NCBI GenBank assembly: GCA_963783375.1
Contig: CAWANH010000029.1
Span: 1,376,001-1,440,000 of the forward strand
Source: Candidatus Eiseniibacteriota bacterium
GTDB taxonomy: Bacteria > Eisenbacteria > RBG-16-71-46 > JABDJR01
Reading direction: 5' to 3'
DNA: 64,000 nucleotides
The position numbers were made by a program, and so were the translations under genes. This document shows, one piece after another, positions 29,791 to 37,688 of the stretch (position 1 is its first letter; every line of letters begins with the position of its first letter). The notes under the pieces are model-generated. The model made no database searches. It had not been told where the DNA came from and saw nothing but the letters and a program-made list of their open reading frames with translations.

Positions 29791-31962
29791 ATGAACGTGG
29801 ACGAAACCGGGGCGACGAAGGCGGCCCGCGACCGCGAGCTGGAAGCGCTCTATGCCCAGCTCACCACCAGCGCGGCCCGTCTCATGGTGGTGCACGAAGC
29901 CGGGAACATCCTGAGCTCCACCCACGATGCCGAGGAGGTGGCCCGGGGGCTCCTGGACGTGATCGCCGAGGCGGCCTTCGCGGGGATCGGCTGCGTGGCG
30001 TCGATGGAGCGGGACGAGCTGAAGATCCTGGCCGCCCGCGGCCTCGAGGATCACGAGGTGGACGAGCTCTCCGCCGACCCCAACGAGGCCGCGATCTGGT
30101 TCGCGGTGGCCGACGGCGAGGGGCTCCGGCGGGCCGCCGATCTCGCCGCCGAGCTGGGTCTCGGAGGAGAGGCGGACGCGGGGGACGGCGCCGCCCCGAA
30201 AGACCGCGCCGCCCCGGAAGACGGTGCCGACGGGGAGGCGGACGCGGACACCGAGGCCTCGGAGGACGATGCGGACGACTGGGGGGATGACGGGACGACG
30301 GAGGTTACGGAAGACGGCGGCGACGCCGAGACGGGGGATGACGGCGCGGACGGCGACGCCTTGGAGGAAACCGCGGACGGCGGGGAAGACGACGACGCGG
30401 AGGCCCCCTCATCCGCCCCCCACTTCGACATCTACCTCCCCCTCCGGGTCGAGGATCGGAACCTGGGGGTGCTGGCCCTGGGGGCGCGGGTGGACCATGC
30501 CGCCTTCGGCGGCGACGACGAGGCCCTGGCCCGCTCGCTCTCCTCCCACCTGGCCCTGGCCCTGAACCACGCCTACCTCTTCGCCGAGCGCACCCGGCGG
30601 ATCGAGCAGTTGAACGCGCTCCTCAGGATCAGCCGGGAGCTCACCAGCACCCTGGACCTGGAGCGCGTGCTCTCGACGATTTCCCAGATGGTGGGCATGG
30701 TGGTCCCGAACCGTCGGACGGTGGTGGCGCTGGTCCCCGGAGGCAAGGTCGCCCTCCGCGGCAGCTCCGACCCGGACTTCAAGGTCAAGGAGGCCGGCCG
30801 GGATCCGTTCCTCCCCGTGCTCCGCTGGGTCCAGGGTTCGCGGCAAAGCCTCAACACCTGCCGCCAGCTCCTGGAAGACGACCCGGAAGCCGCGGGGCGG
30901 GACGTGCTGCTCCCGTGGCTCTCCGGCGCGGACGGCCCGCGCGGGCTCGCCGTCCTGCCGCTGGAAGACGACCAGGGCCCCCTGGGGCTTCTGGCCATGG
31001 AGACCGACGAGGACCGCCCGCCCCTGGATGACGACGACGAGGAGCTGGTGACCATCCTGGCCAACCAGACCACGGTGGCCATCCGAAACGCCGAGCTATA
31101 CCAGCAGGTCCCGATGATCGGCGTCCTGGAGCCGATGCTGGCCAAGGCGCGGCAGGTCAGCCGGGGGAACCACCGGAAGCTGGTGACCCGGGCCGCCGTC
31201 GCGGCGGTGCTTCTGGGGATCGGCTTCCTGGTGCCGCTTCCGAGCTGGGTGGCCGGCGACGCCGTGGTGCGCCCGGCCCGCCCGGTGGCGCTCCGGGCGG
31301 GGACCGAGGGCACGGTGGACGAGGTGCTGGTGCACGAGGGGGAGACGGTGCCGGCGGGAATGGTGGTGGCCCGGCTCCGCCGGGACGACCTGGAGGTCCG
31401 GCTCGCCGATACCCGGGCCGGCATCCGCCGGGCTGCGGCCGAAGGAGCGAGGGCCCGCGCCGAGGGGGATTTCGCCACCTACCGGGCCCGCCAGGCCGCC
31501 CTGACCGAGCTCCAGGCCACCGAGAGCTTCCTCACCGGACAGCTCGCGGCCACCGATCTCACCGCGACGGCGGCGGGGGTGATCCTCACCCCGGACGTGG
31601 AGCGCCTGCGGGGCATCCACCTGGAGCGCGGCGAGACCTTTCTCGACATGGCCGATCTCTCCACCATGGACGTGGAGGTCGGGGTTCCGGAGCAGGATCT
31701 CGGCTGGGTGGAGCCCGGGCGCGCCGCCCGGCTCAAGGTCCACGCCTTCCCCGGACGCACCTTCCGGGGAACGGTGGTCCGGATCGCCCCCAAGGCCGGT
31801 CCGGGAGGCGAGTTCCGGGTCACGGTCCGGGTCCCCAACCCGGAGGGGGCGCTTCGGCCGGGGATGACCGGACGCGCCCACCTGGCCGCGCCCGCGGAGC
31901 CGGTTCTCCGGAAGTGGCTCCGCCCCCTGGCCCGGCGGCTCCGGCTCAAGTTCTGGGTCTGA
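29791..31962 (+). CDS. Tandem-GAF domain plus HlyD adaptor fusion with Asp/Glu-rich insert
   Basis: Two GAF-like segments (LPLRVEDRNLGVLAL; LTSTLDLERVL...LANQTTVAIRNAELY), one TM, VLVHEGETV lipoyl hybrid and LRPGMTG. Confidence 0.82.
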   Translation: MNVDETGATKAARDRELEALYAQLTTSAARLMVVHEAGNILSSTHDAEEVARGLLDVIAEAAFAGIGCVASMERDELKILAARGLEDHEVDELSADPNEAAIWFAVADGEGLRRAADLAAELGLGGEADAGDGAAPKDRAAPEDGADGEADADTEASEDDADDWGDDGTTEVTEDGGDAETGDDGADGDALEETADGGEDDDAEAPSSAPHFDIYLPLRVEDRNLGVLALGARVDHAAFGGDDEALARSLSSHLALALNHAYLFAERTRRIEQLNALLRISRELTSTLDLERVLSTISQMVGMVVPNRRTVVALVPGGKVALRGSSDPDFKVKEAGRDPFLPVLRWVQGSRQSLNTCRQLLEDDPEAAGRDVLLPWLSGADGPRGLAVLPLEDDQGPLGLLAMETDEDRPPLDDDDEELVTILANQTTVAIRNAELYQQVPMIGVLEPMLAKARQVSRGNHRKLVTRAAVAAVLLGIGFLVPLPSWVAGDAVVRPARPVALRAGTEGTVDEVLVHEGETVPAGMVVARLRRDDLEVRLADTRAGIRRAAAEGARARAEGDFATYRARQAALTELQATESFLTGQLAATDLTATAAGVILTPDVERLRGIHLERGETFLDMADLSTMDVEVGVPEQDLGWVEPGRAARLKVHAFPGRTFRGTVVRIAPKAGPGGEFRVTVRVPNPEGALRPGMTGRAHLAAPAEPVLRKWLRPLARRLRLKFWV

Positions 31963-32080
31963 GATCGCCGGTTCCGAGGCGCCGCGACGGATCGCAGGGG
32001 GAGGACGACCCGGGATCGCGCTGACAACCGAGCTGGCGGTCAGATGCCCACCGCAGCAGTGGGGTCATGAATAACCCGGG

Positions 32081-33242
32081 CTAGTGTCATGCGTCGGAAG
32101 TACGTTTACAGAATCTAGCAATTGAGGCAAGGATCTCATCTGCAGATTTTGTCCACACGAGGGGCTTGGGGCTCTGGTTGGTAACCTCGATGTAGAGCTT
32201 GATAGCCTGATTGAGCCGTTTGACGCTCCGATGAGTGGCTCGACGTAGCGCCTTGTCGGTCAGTGCGGCAAACCACCGCTCGACGAGGTTCATCCAGGAG
32301 GAGTAGGTCGGCGTGAAGTGGAGGTGGAAGCGCGGGTTTCGAACGAGCCACCGCTTCACCGCGGGCACCTTGTGGGTCTGGTAGTTGTCGAGGATGAGGT
32401 GAACGTCGAGGTCATCGGGGACCTCGGCGTCGATCGTTTTCAGGAAGCCGAGAAACTCTTTCGCTCGATGGTGTTTGTGAAGACTTCCAATGACTCGCCC
32501 GGACTTCACGTCCAGCGCAGCGAACAGGGTCGTGGTGCCGTGGCGAACGTAGTCGTGCGTGTGCCGTTCGCACTGCCCTGGTCGTAACGGCAGGAGAGGC
32601 TGTGTGCGGTCGAGAGCTTGGATCTGGGACTTCTCGTCCACGCACAGCACGAGCGCCCGCTCCGGTGGATCCATGTACAGCCCCACGACATCGCGTACCT
32701 TGTCGATGAACAGGGGATCATTGGAAAGCTTGAAGGTATCGGCCCGGTGAGGCTGGAGCGCAAAGGTGTGCCAGATGCGTCGCACGGTGGTGGCGCTCAT
32801 TCCCGAGACCTCCGCCATGGAGCGGGTACTCCAGTGGGTGGCTCCCCTGGGTGTCGAGTCGAGGGTTTTTGCGATGACGCGTTCAACCTCTGCATCGGAG
32901 ACCTTGCGAGGAGCTCCGGGGCGAGGCTCATCGGTGAGCCCGTCGAGTCGGCGCTCAAGAAAGTTCGAGCGCCACTTGCCGACCGTGACCCGGGTGATGT
33001 GAAGGTGCTCGGCCACCGCGGAATTGGTCCACCCCTCGTCCGCGAGAAGCACGATGCGGGCACGGGTGGCAAGTCCTTGCGCCGTCTTGGGGCGGCGTGC
33101 CCAACCCTGGAGTACCTGACGTTCTTCGGTAGAAAGCCTGAGCGACTCGAGCGTGCGTCCACGTGACATGGCAACCCTCCTTTTGGAGGAGCATGCCGCA
33201 TGGGACTCCGGATGTATAGTTATTTCTGGCGCAAGACACTAG
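32081..33242 (-). mobile_element. IS630-family insertion sequence
   Basis: Imperfect ~30-bp terminal inverted repeats: CTAGTGTCATGCGTCGGAAGTACGTTTACA versus reverse complement of the right end CTAGTGTCTTGCGCCAGAAATAACTATACA. CTAG at both ends; lower GC than the host. Confidence 0.9.
32087..33169 (-). CDS. IS630-family DDE transposase
   Basis: HTH (GLTDEPRPGAP), CVDEKSQIQAL, HDYVRHGT, ILDNYQTHK and TPTYSSWMNLVERWF. Confidence 0.95.
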   Translation of the reverse strand: MSRGRTLESLRLSTEERQVLQGWARRPKTAQGLATRARIVLLADEGWTNSAVAEHLHITRVTVGKWRSNFLERRLDGLTDEPRPGAPRKVSDAEVERVIAKTLDSTPRGATHWSTRSMAEVSGMSATTVRRIWHTFALQPHRADTFKLSNDPLFIDKVRDVVGLYMDPPERALVLCVDEKSQIQALDRTQPLLPLRPGQCERHTHDYVRHGTTTLFAALDVKSGRVIGSLHKHHRAKEFLGFLKTIDAEVPDDLDVHLILDNYQTHKVPAVKRWLVRNPRFHLHFTPTYSSWMNLVERWFAALTDKALRRATHRSVKRLNQAIKLYIEVTNQSPKPLVWTKSADEILASIARFCKRTSDA

Positions 33243-34789
33243 GAGCCCGTCCGAGTAACGATCAAGAGCGGGCTCCCTCTGGTCATGCGCCGCACGGGAT
33301 TTGTTAGCACCCGGGTGTTTTCGGGTTCGCCCGTTGATCGGGCCGCCTTGGATCGCGAGGGGAGCCGCCCCTCGGAGGCGGTTCCGCCCCCTTTTAGGCC
33401 GATCCGACCGCCTTGGCCCACTTCAGGAGGTTGTGGGCCGTGCAGATCAGGTCCCACTCCCCCCGAACCTTCGCGAAGCCCCGCAGCAGGAACTGGCGGA
33501 ACCCCCGGGCTTGCTTCATCTGTCCGAACACCGGCTCCACCGTTTGTTTCCTCAACCGGTACCGGCTCCGGTGTCCCCCCTTGCGTAGCCGCGTCCGCAT
33601 CGCCGCGGTCCGGGGCCCCGGGTTCTTCTCCTTCCCGTCGGTCGGCGACGCGCTCCCGTGCTTCTGTCGTCCCGTCGCCACGTACCCCCGGATGTGCCGC
33701 CGATCCAGTTCCTTCAGGTTCTCCTCCGAGCAGTACCCCGCGTCCGCCGACACCTCCTGCGCCTGCCGACCCGTATTCTCCTCGACTTGCGTCACCAGCG
33801 GAACCAGCTCGCCGGCATCCGACGCCGACTGCGTCACCCCCCGCGCCACGATCACCTGGCTCCCCGCATCCACCGCCGCCTGCGCGTTGTACCCCTGGAT
33901 GAACCCGTCCTTCGTCTTCAGGATCCGGCTCTCCGGATCCGTGAAGTTCCGCTGCGCCCGCGCCGGAGGTTCCCCCTTCGGCGTCTTCTGAGGGCGTCCC
34001 CGGCCCCGCTTCTCCGGCTTCTCGGCCGCCTCCACCCCCGCCTGCTCCCGCGCCTCCGCCTCCAACGCCGCCTTCGCCTCCCGGATCTTCGCCAGCCGCT
34101 TCTGCTTGTTGGCGACCCACTCCGGCAGCTCGTCACCCCGCCGGTCCGGCCCGTACTCCTCATCCTCCTCCGCGTCCACCCGCCCCGCCTCCTTCAGCCA
34201 CCGCTCGATCTCCCCCCGCAGCCGCCCCTCCTCCCCCTTCATCCGACCGTAGCTCATCGCCTTGTGCTTCGACGCGTTCGCCTTCACCTTCGTCCCGTCC
34301 AGCGACACGTGCCCCAGCTGCACCAACCCCGCTTCCCGGCACAACCGCAACACCTGCACGAACAGACCTCCCAGCCCCTCCAAATGCCGCTTCCGGAAGT
34401 CGCTGATCGTCCGAAAGTCCGGCTTCTGCAGCGCCGTCACCGCCATGAAGTCCACCCGCTCCTCGCACGCCCGCGCCAACCGCCGCGAGGAGTACACCCC
34501 CTGGCAGTACCCGTACAGCAGCAGCGCCGTCATCATCACCGGGTGGTACGGCGGATACCCCCGCGCCTCGGTGTACTCCTCCAGGATCGCGGACAGATCC
34601 AGGGTCTCCCGGACCGTATCCCGCACCAGATGCGCCAGATGGCCCGGCGGCACCAGTTCATGAACCGAGGGAGGCAGCAACCACACTTGATCGACGTCCC
34701 AGGGACGGAAGGTCTTGCTCATGACCTCCAAAAACCACACCCCCACCGCCCTGTCTAGATCAAATCCGGGGGATTACTCGGACGGGCTC
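33243..34789 (-). mobile_element. IS1182-family insertion sequence
   Basis: Perfect 16-bp TIRs GAGCCCGTCCGAGTAA (33243-33258 and 34774-34789) flanked by CTAG direct repeats (33239-33242 and 34790-34793). Confidence 0.92.
33394..34722 (-). CDS. IS1182-family transposase
   Basis: GYPPYHP, PDFRTISDFR, LDGTKVKANAS, NFTDPESR, ADAGY and RKQTVEPVFG; SD GGAGG before ATG 34722. Confidence 0.95.
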   Translation of the reverse strand: MSKTFRPWDVDQVWLLPPSVHELVPPGHLAHLVRDTVRETLDLSAILEEYTEARGYPPYHPVMMTALLLYGYCQGVYSSRRLARACEERVDFMAVTALQKPDFRTISDFRKRHLEGLGGLFVQVLRLCREAGLVQLGHVSLDGTKVKANASKHKAMSYGRMKGEEGRLRGEIERWLKEAGRVDAEEDEEYGPDRRGDELPEWVANKQKRLAKIREAKAALEAEAREQAGVEAAEKPEKRGRGRPQKTPKGEPPARAQRNFTDPESRILKTKDGFIQGYNAQAAVDAGSQVIVARGVTQSASDAGELVPLVTQVEENTGRQAQEVSADAGYCSEENLKELDRRHIRGYVATGRQKHGSASPTDGKEKNPGPRTAAMRTRLRKGGHRSRYRLRKQTVEPVFGQMKQARGFRQFLLRGFAKVRGEWDLICTAHNLLKWAKAVGSA

Positions 34790-35149
34790 CTAGGAGGCTC
34801 CCAGTTCCTGGAGCCGCCGGCGGGCCGAGGCCTCGTCCGGGCGCTGATTCAGAATCGCCTCGACGTTCACCACCTGGAGAACGGCGCAGACCCGCTGGGA
34901 ACAGCCGTAGATGGCCAGCCCTCCCTTCTCCTGCTGCACCCGGGTCAGGAGGCGGATCAGGATCCCCACCCCCGCGCTGCTCAGAAACTCCACCTTGGAC
35001 ATGTCCAGGAGCATGGAGGTGGCCTTCTCCCCCAGCCTCTCCGAGATGAAATCCCAGAACTGGGTCGCCCCCAGGGCGTCGAGCCGGCCCACGGGGTGAC
35101 AGTGAAGAACGGTGCTCAGATCCTTGTCCGTCTCGCACGTGATGCGCAT
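34790..35149 (-). CDS. STAS-domain protein (anti-sigma-factor antagonist-like)
   Basis: GRLDA...LLDMSKVEFLSSAGVGIL; its TAG stop is part of the IS target CTAG. Confidence 0.85.
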   Translation of the reverse strand: MRITCETDKDLSTVLHCHPVGRLDALGATQFWDFISERLGEKATSMLLDMSKVEFLSSAGVGILIRLLTRVQQEKGGLAIYGCSQRVCAVLQVVNVEAILNQRPDEASARRRLQELGAS

Positions 35150-35226
35150 GATTCCCCCTGTTGATCGTTTACCCGACCGATGCAGAAGCCCCGAGCCGAA
35201 GCGCCATCGGGAGCTTCCTCAGATTC

Positions 35227-35240
35227 TGTGGAAATCCACA
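35227..35240. promoter_or_regulatory. Candidate enhancer (UAS) for the sigma-54 activator
   Basis: Palindrome TGTGGA-AA-TCCACA centred about 110 bp upstream of the predicted sigma-54 TSS. Confidence 0.45.
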
Positions 35241-35316
35241 ACGGAGAGTCTTCCGGGATTTCCCCGCCGCTTCGCTAATCGTTTGTACCCAAGGTAGTAA
35301 TAAGATCATCCCAGAG

Positions 35317-35333
35317 TTGGAACGGACCGTGCA
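35317..35333 (+). promoter_or_regulatory. Sigma-54 (-24/-12) promoter of the repeat-peptide gene
   Basis: TTGGAACGGACCGTGCA has GG and GC separated by exactly 10 nt and resembles TGGCACG-N4-TTGCA; a GAFTGA activator is encoded next door. Confidence 0.7.
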
Positions 35334-35426
35334 AAGGTGAGGGGCCATGACGGGGCCCGGTGCGGAGCGAACCTTCTCCGGCCGGAGACGGAGGCGCAAA
35401 GACCACAATCCGAGGAGGTTCTTATC

Positions 35427-36047
35427 ATGGCTACCCGCTCGTTCAAGCGACCGCAGGCCCGACCGACCACCGCCACCACCGTGAAGATAGATGTCGCCGG
35501 CGACTTCATCGACGACATTAGCGGGTTGGCGCCCGCGGAGATCGCCAAGCTGAGTCCGAAGCAGATCGTGGCGCTCGCTCCGAAGCAGATCGCCGCCCTC
35601 GCCCCCAAGCAGGTGATGGCGCTCGCTCCGAAGCAGATCGCCGCCCTGGCGCCCAAGCAGGTGGTGGCGCTGGCCCCCAAGCAGATCGTGGCCCTGGCCC
35701 CGAAGCAGATCGCCGCCCTCGCCCCCAAGCAGGTGATGGCGCTGGCCCCGAAGCAGATCGTGGCCCTGGCTCCGAAGCAGATCGCCGCCCTCGCCCCCAA
35801 GCAGGTGCTGGCGCTGGCCCCGAAGCAGATCGTGGCCCTGGCTCCGAAGCAGATCGCCGCCCTCGCCCCCAAGCAGGTGCTGGCGCTGGCCCCGAAGCAG
35901 ATCGTGGCCATGGCCCCGAAGCAGATCGCCGCCCTGGCTCCGAAGCAGATCGCCGCCCTCGCCCCCAAGCAGGTGATGGCGCTCGCTCCGAAGCAGATCG
36001 CGGCCCTGGCGCCCAAGCAGATCGCCGCCCTCGCCCCGGTCGGCTAG
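35427..36047 (+). CDS. 206-aa protein: 33-aa leader plus 21 tandem octapeptides LAPKQ(I/V)(A/V/M/L)A plus LAPVG; candidate secreted precursor
   Basis: SD GAGGAGGT at 35412-35419, ATG 35427, synonymous codon variation between repeats, own terminator. Confidence 0.85.
   Translation: MATRSFKRPQARPTTATTVKIDVAGDFIDDISGLAPAEIAKLSPKQIVALAPKQIAALAPKQVMALAPKQIAALAPKQVVALAPKQIVALAPKQIAALAPKQVMALAPKQIVALAPKQIAALAPKQVLALAPKQIVALAPKQIAALAPKQVLALAPKQIVAMAPKQIAALAPKQIAALAPKQVMALAPKQIAALAPKQIAALAPVG
35526..36029 (+). repeat. 21 x 24-bp coding tandem repeat
   Basis: CC(G/C)AAGCAG(ATC/GTG) recurs every 24 nt. Confidence 0.97.
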
Positions 36048-36063
36048 AGCGCCCAAAGCCCAC

Positions 36064-36104
36064 GAAAGAGAGGGACCCCCTTCGGGAGGTCCCTCTCTTC
36101 GTTT
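36064..36104. terminator. Intrinsic terminator, probably bidirectional, between the convergent peptide and activator genes
   Basis: Stem GAGAGGGACC...GGTCCCTCTC with a central cTTCGg loop, flanked by A-rich and T-rich stretches. Confidence 0.8.
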
Positions 36105-36118
36105 CGGGTTCATCCGTC

Positions 36119-37447
36119 TCAGTTCCATCGACCCCGTTCGAATGCTTCGGCCAGCCGGAGGAGATCCTCCTGGTAGGCTTGGGGCATCTTGGCGAACGCT
36201 TTCCGGAGAGCCAGGAACCGCTGGCCGGGGGTGCGGCCGCCCCCTCGCATGGCCCCGGTCGCCGCGGCCAGAAAACGCTCCAGCTTGGCCCGCACCCGAG
36301 GCTCCAACGCCCGCTCCCCCGCGACCTTCACCGCGGCGGCCTCCACGTTCCAGCGTTCCTGGGCCAGGGTACGGAACCCCTCCCCCTGGAAGTAATAGGT
36401 GAGCCCGCTCCGGGAGCAGACCGGGATCTGGCGCGGATCGTTCACCTCGCGCTGGCGGATCGTCAGCATGCGCTCGGCGAGGGCGATGTTGAAGTGGTAG
36501 CGGCGGAGCTGGGCCAGAACCCACCCCCCCACCTCGGCCGCCGGGGCCTCGGGGTCGCCGGCGGGGCTCTCCGGAGTCGGAGCGCCCGATCCGAGCATGG
36601 GTTCGGCGAGACGGTGCCGGGAGAAAACCGCCACCACGTGGCGATCCCGGATCTCCTCGCCCCCCCGGGCCTCGATGAGGAGCGCGCTCACGATGTTCTG
36701 AAGCTCCCGGACGTTGCCGGGAAAGGAATAGACCATGAGCCGCCGGAGCGCGTCGGCACGGACGACGGGCCGGGGACGTTTCCACTCCTGGGCGTGGCGA
36801 TCGAGGAAGTGGTCGATCAGGGGCGGAATGTCCTCGCGGTGCTCCCGAAGCGGGGGCAGGCGGATCGGAAAGACGTTCAGACGGTAGTAGAGGTCTTCGC
36901 GGAAGCGGCTCTGGCGCACTTCGCCCCGGAGGTCCCGGTTGGTGGCGGCCACCACCCGCGCTCCACTCCGGCGGGTTCCCTCGCCGCCCACCGGGGTGAA
37001 GGTGCCTTCCTGGAGGACGCGGAGCAGCTTCACCTGGGCGGAGAGCGTCATCTCGGCGATCTCGTCCAGGAACACCGTCCCTTCGCGGGCGCGCTCGAAG
37101 ACCCCGGCGTGGGCGCGGGAGGCGCCGGTGAAGGCGCCCGGCACGTGGCCGAAGAGTTCGCTCTCCAGGAGGGTCTCGGGGATGGCCCCGCAGTTCACCG
37201 CCTCGAACGGCGCGCGCCCGTCGCTTCCGTGCTCGTGGATGAGCCGGGCCACCAGTTCCTTGCCGGTTCCCGACTCCCCCTCGAGGAGGACCGGGGCCCG
37301 GGTCGTGGACACGCTCTCCAGATCGTCCAGCACGGCCATCATGGCCGCGCTCCGGCCCACGATGCGAACCCCTTTTCCCTTCCCGGCCCTTCGCCCGCCG
37401 CTCATCGGGTCCGCATCGGCGTGTTCGTATCCTCCCTCGGTGTGCAT
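36119..37447 (-). CDS. Sigma-54-dependent enhancer-binding protein lacking an N-terminal sensor domain
   Basis: GESGTGKE (Walker A), ESELFGH..GAFTGA, FLDEI, FREDLYYRLNV and PGNVREL. The AAA+ domain starts about 30 aa from the N-terminus (alternative start 37405). Confidence 0.93.
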   Translation of the reverse strand: MHTEGGYEHADADPMSGGRRAGKGKGVRIVGRSAAMMAVLDDLESVSTTRAPVLLEGESGTGKELVARLIHEHGSDGRAPFEAVNCGAIPETLLESELFGHVPGAFTGASRAHAGVFERAREGTVFLDEIAEMTLSAQVKLLRVLQEGTFTPVGGEGTRRSGARVVAATNRDLRGEVRQSRFREDLYYRLNVFPIRLPPLREHREDIPPLIDHFLDRHAQEWKRPRPVVRADALRRLMVYSFPGNVRELQNIVSALLIEARGGEEIRDRHVVAVFSRHRLAEPMLGSGAPTPESPAGDPEAPAAEVGGWVLAQLRRYHFNIALAERMLTIRQREVNDPRQIPVCSRSGLTYYFQGEGFRTLAQERWNVEAAAVKVAGERALEPRVRAKLERFLAAATGAMRGGGRTPGQRFLALRKAFAKMPQAYQEDLLRLAEAFERGRWN

Positions 37448-37474
37448 AGTCGCACTGTAGCACCACTGGAATGA

Positions 37475-37496
37475 GATTTGAATTACCTTTCAAATC
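37475..37496. promoter_or_regulatory. Palindromic operator-like site in the divergent activator/SDR intergenic region
   Basis: GATTTGAA-N6-TTCAAATC perfect 8-bp inverted repeat, AT-rich. Confidence 0.5.
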
Positions 37497-37688
37497 ACCC
37501 CGACGGACCTGCCCAACCGGAGGGCGCAACGAAGCATCCCCCCCGCCGCTCTCGACTTACCCCGTAACCTCAGCCAGAATATGGGCCGCGGCGGCGGGGG
37601 GAAACGGGCTCCGCCGGCGGACCGGACGCGGTGCGGATCCCAGGACGGACCGGGGGTCGAACCCCGGCAATCAAAATGGAGGGGTGCG

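Noticed and set aside
35306-36016. Antisense Cys-rich repeat ORF (CFGARAAI...) as a thio- or lanthipeptide-like precursor
   Set aside because: It is the shadow of the + strand repeat gene, which has the SD, sigma-54 promoter and terminator.
35526-36029. TAL-effector repeat (LTPEQVVAIAS similarity) or CRISPR array
   Set aside because: The period is 8 aa/24 bp, not 33-35 aa; there is no RVD loop, no unique spacers and no cas genes.
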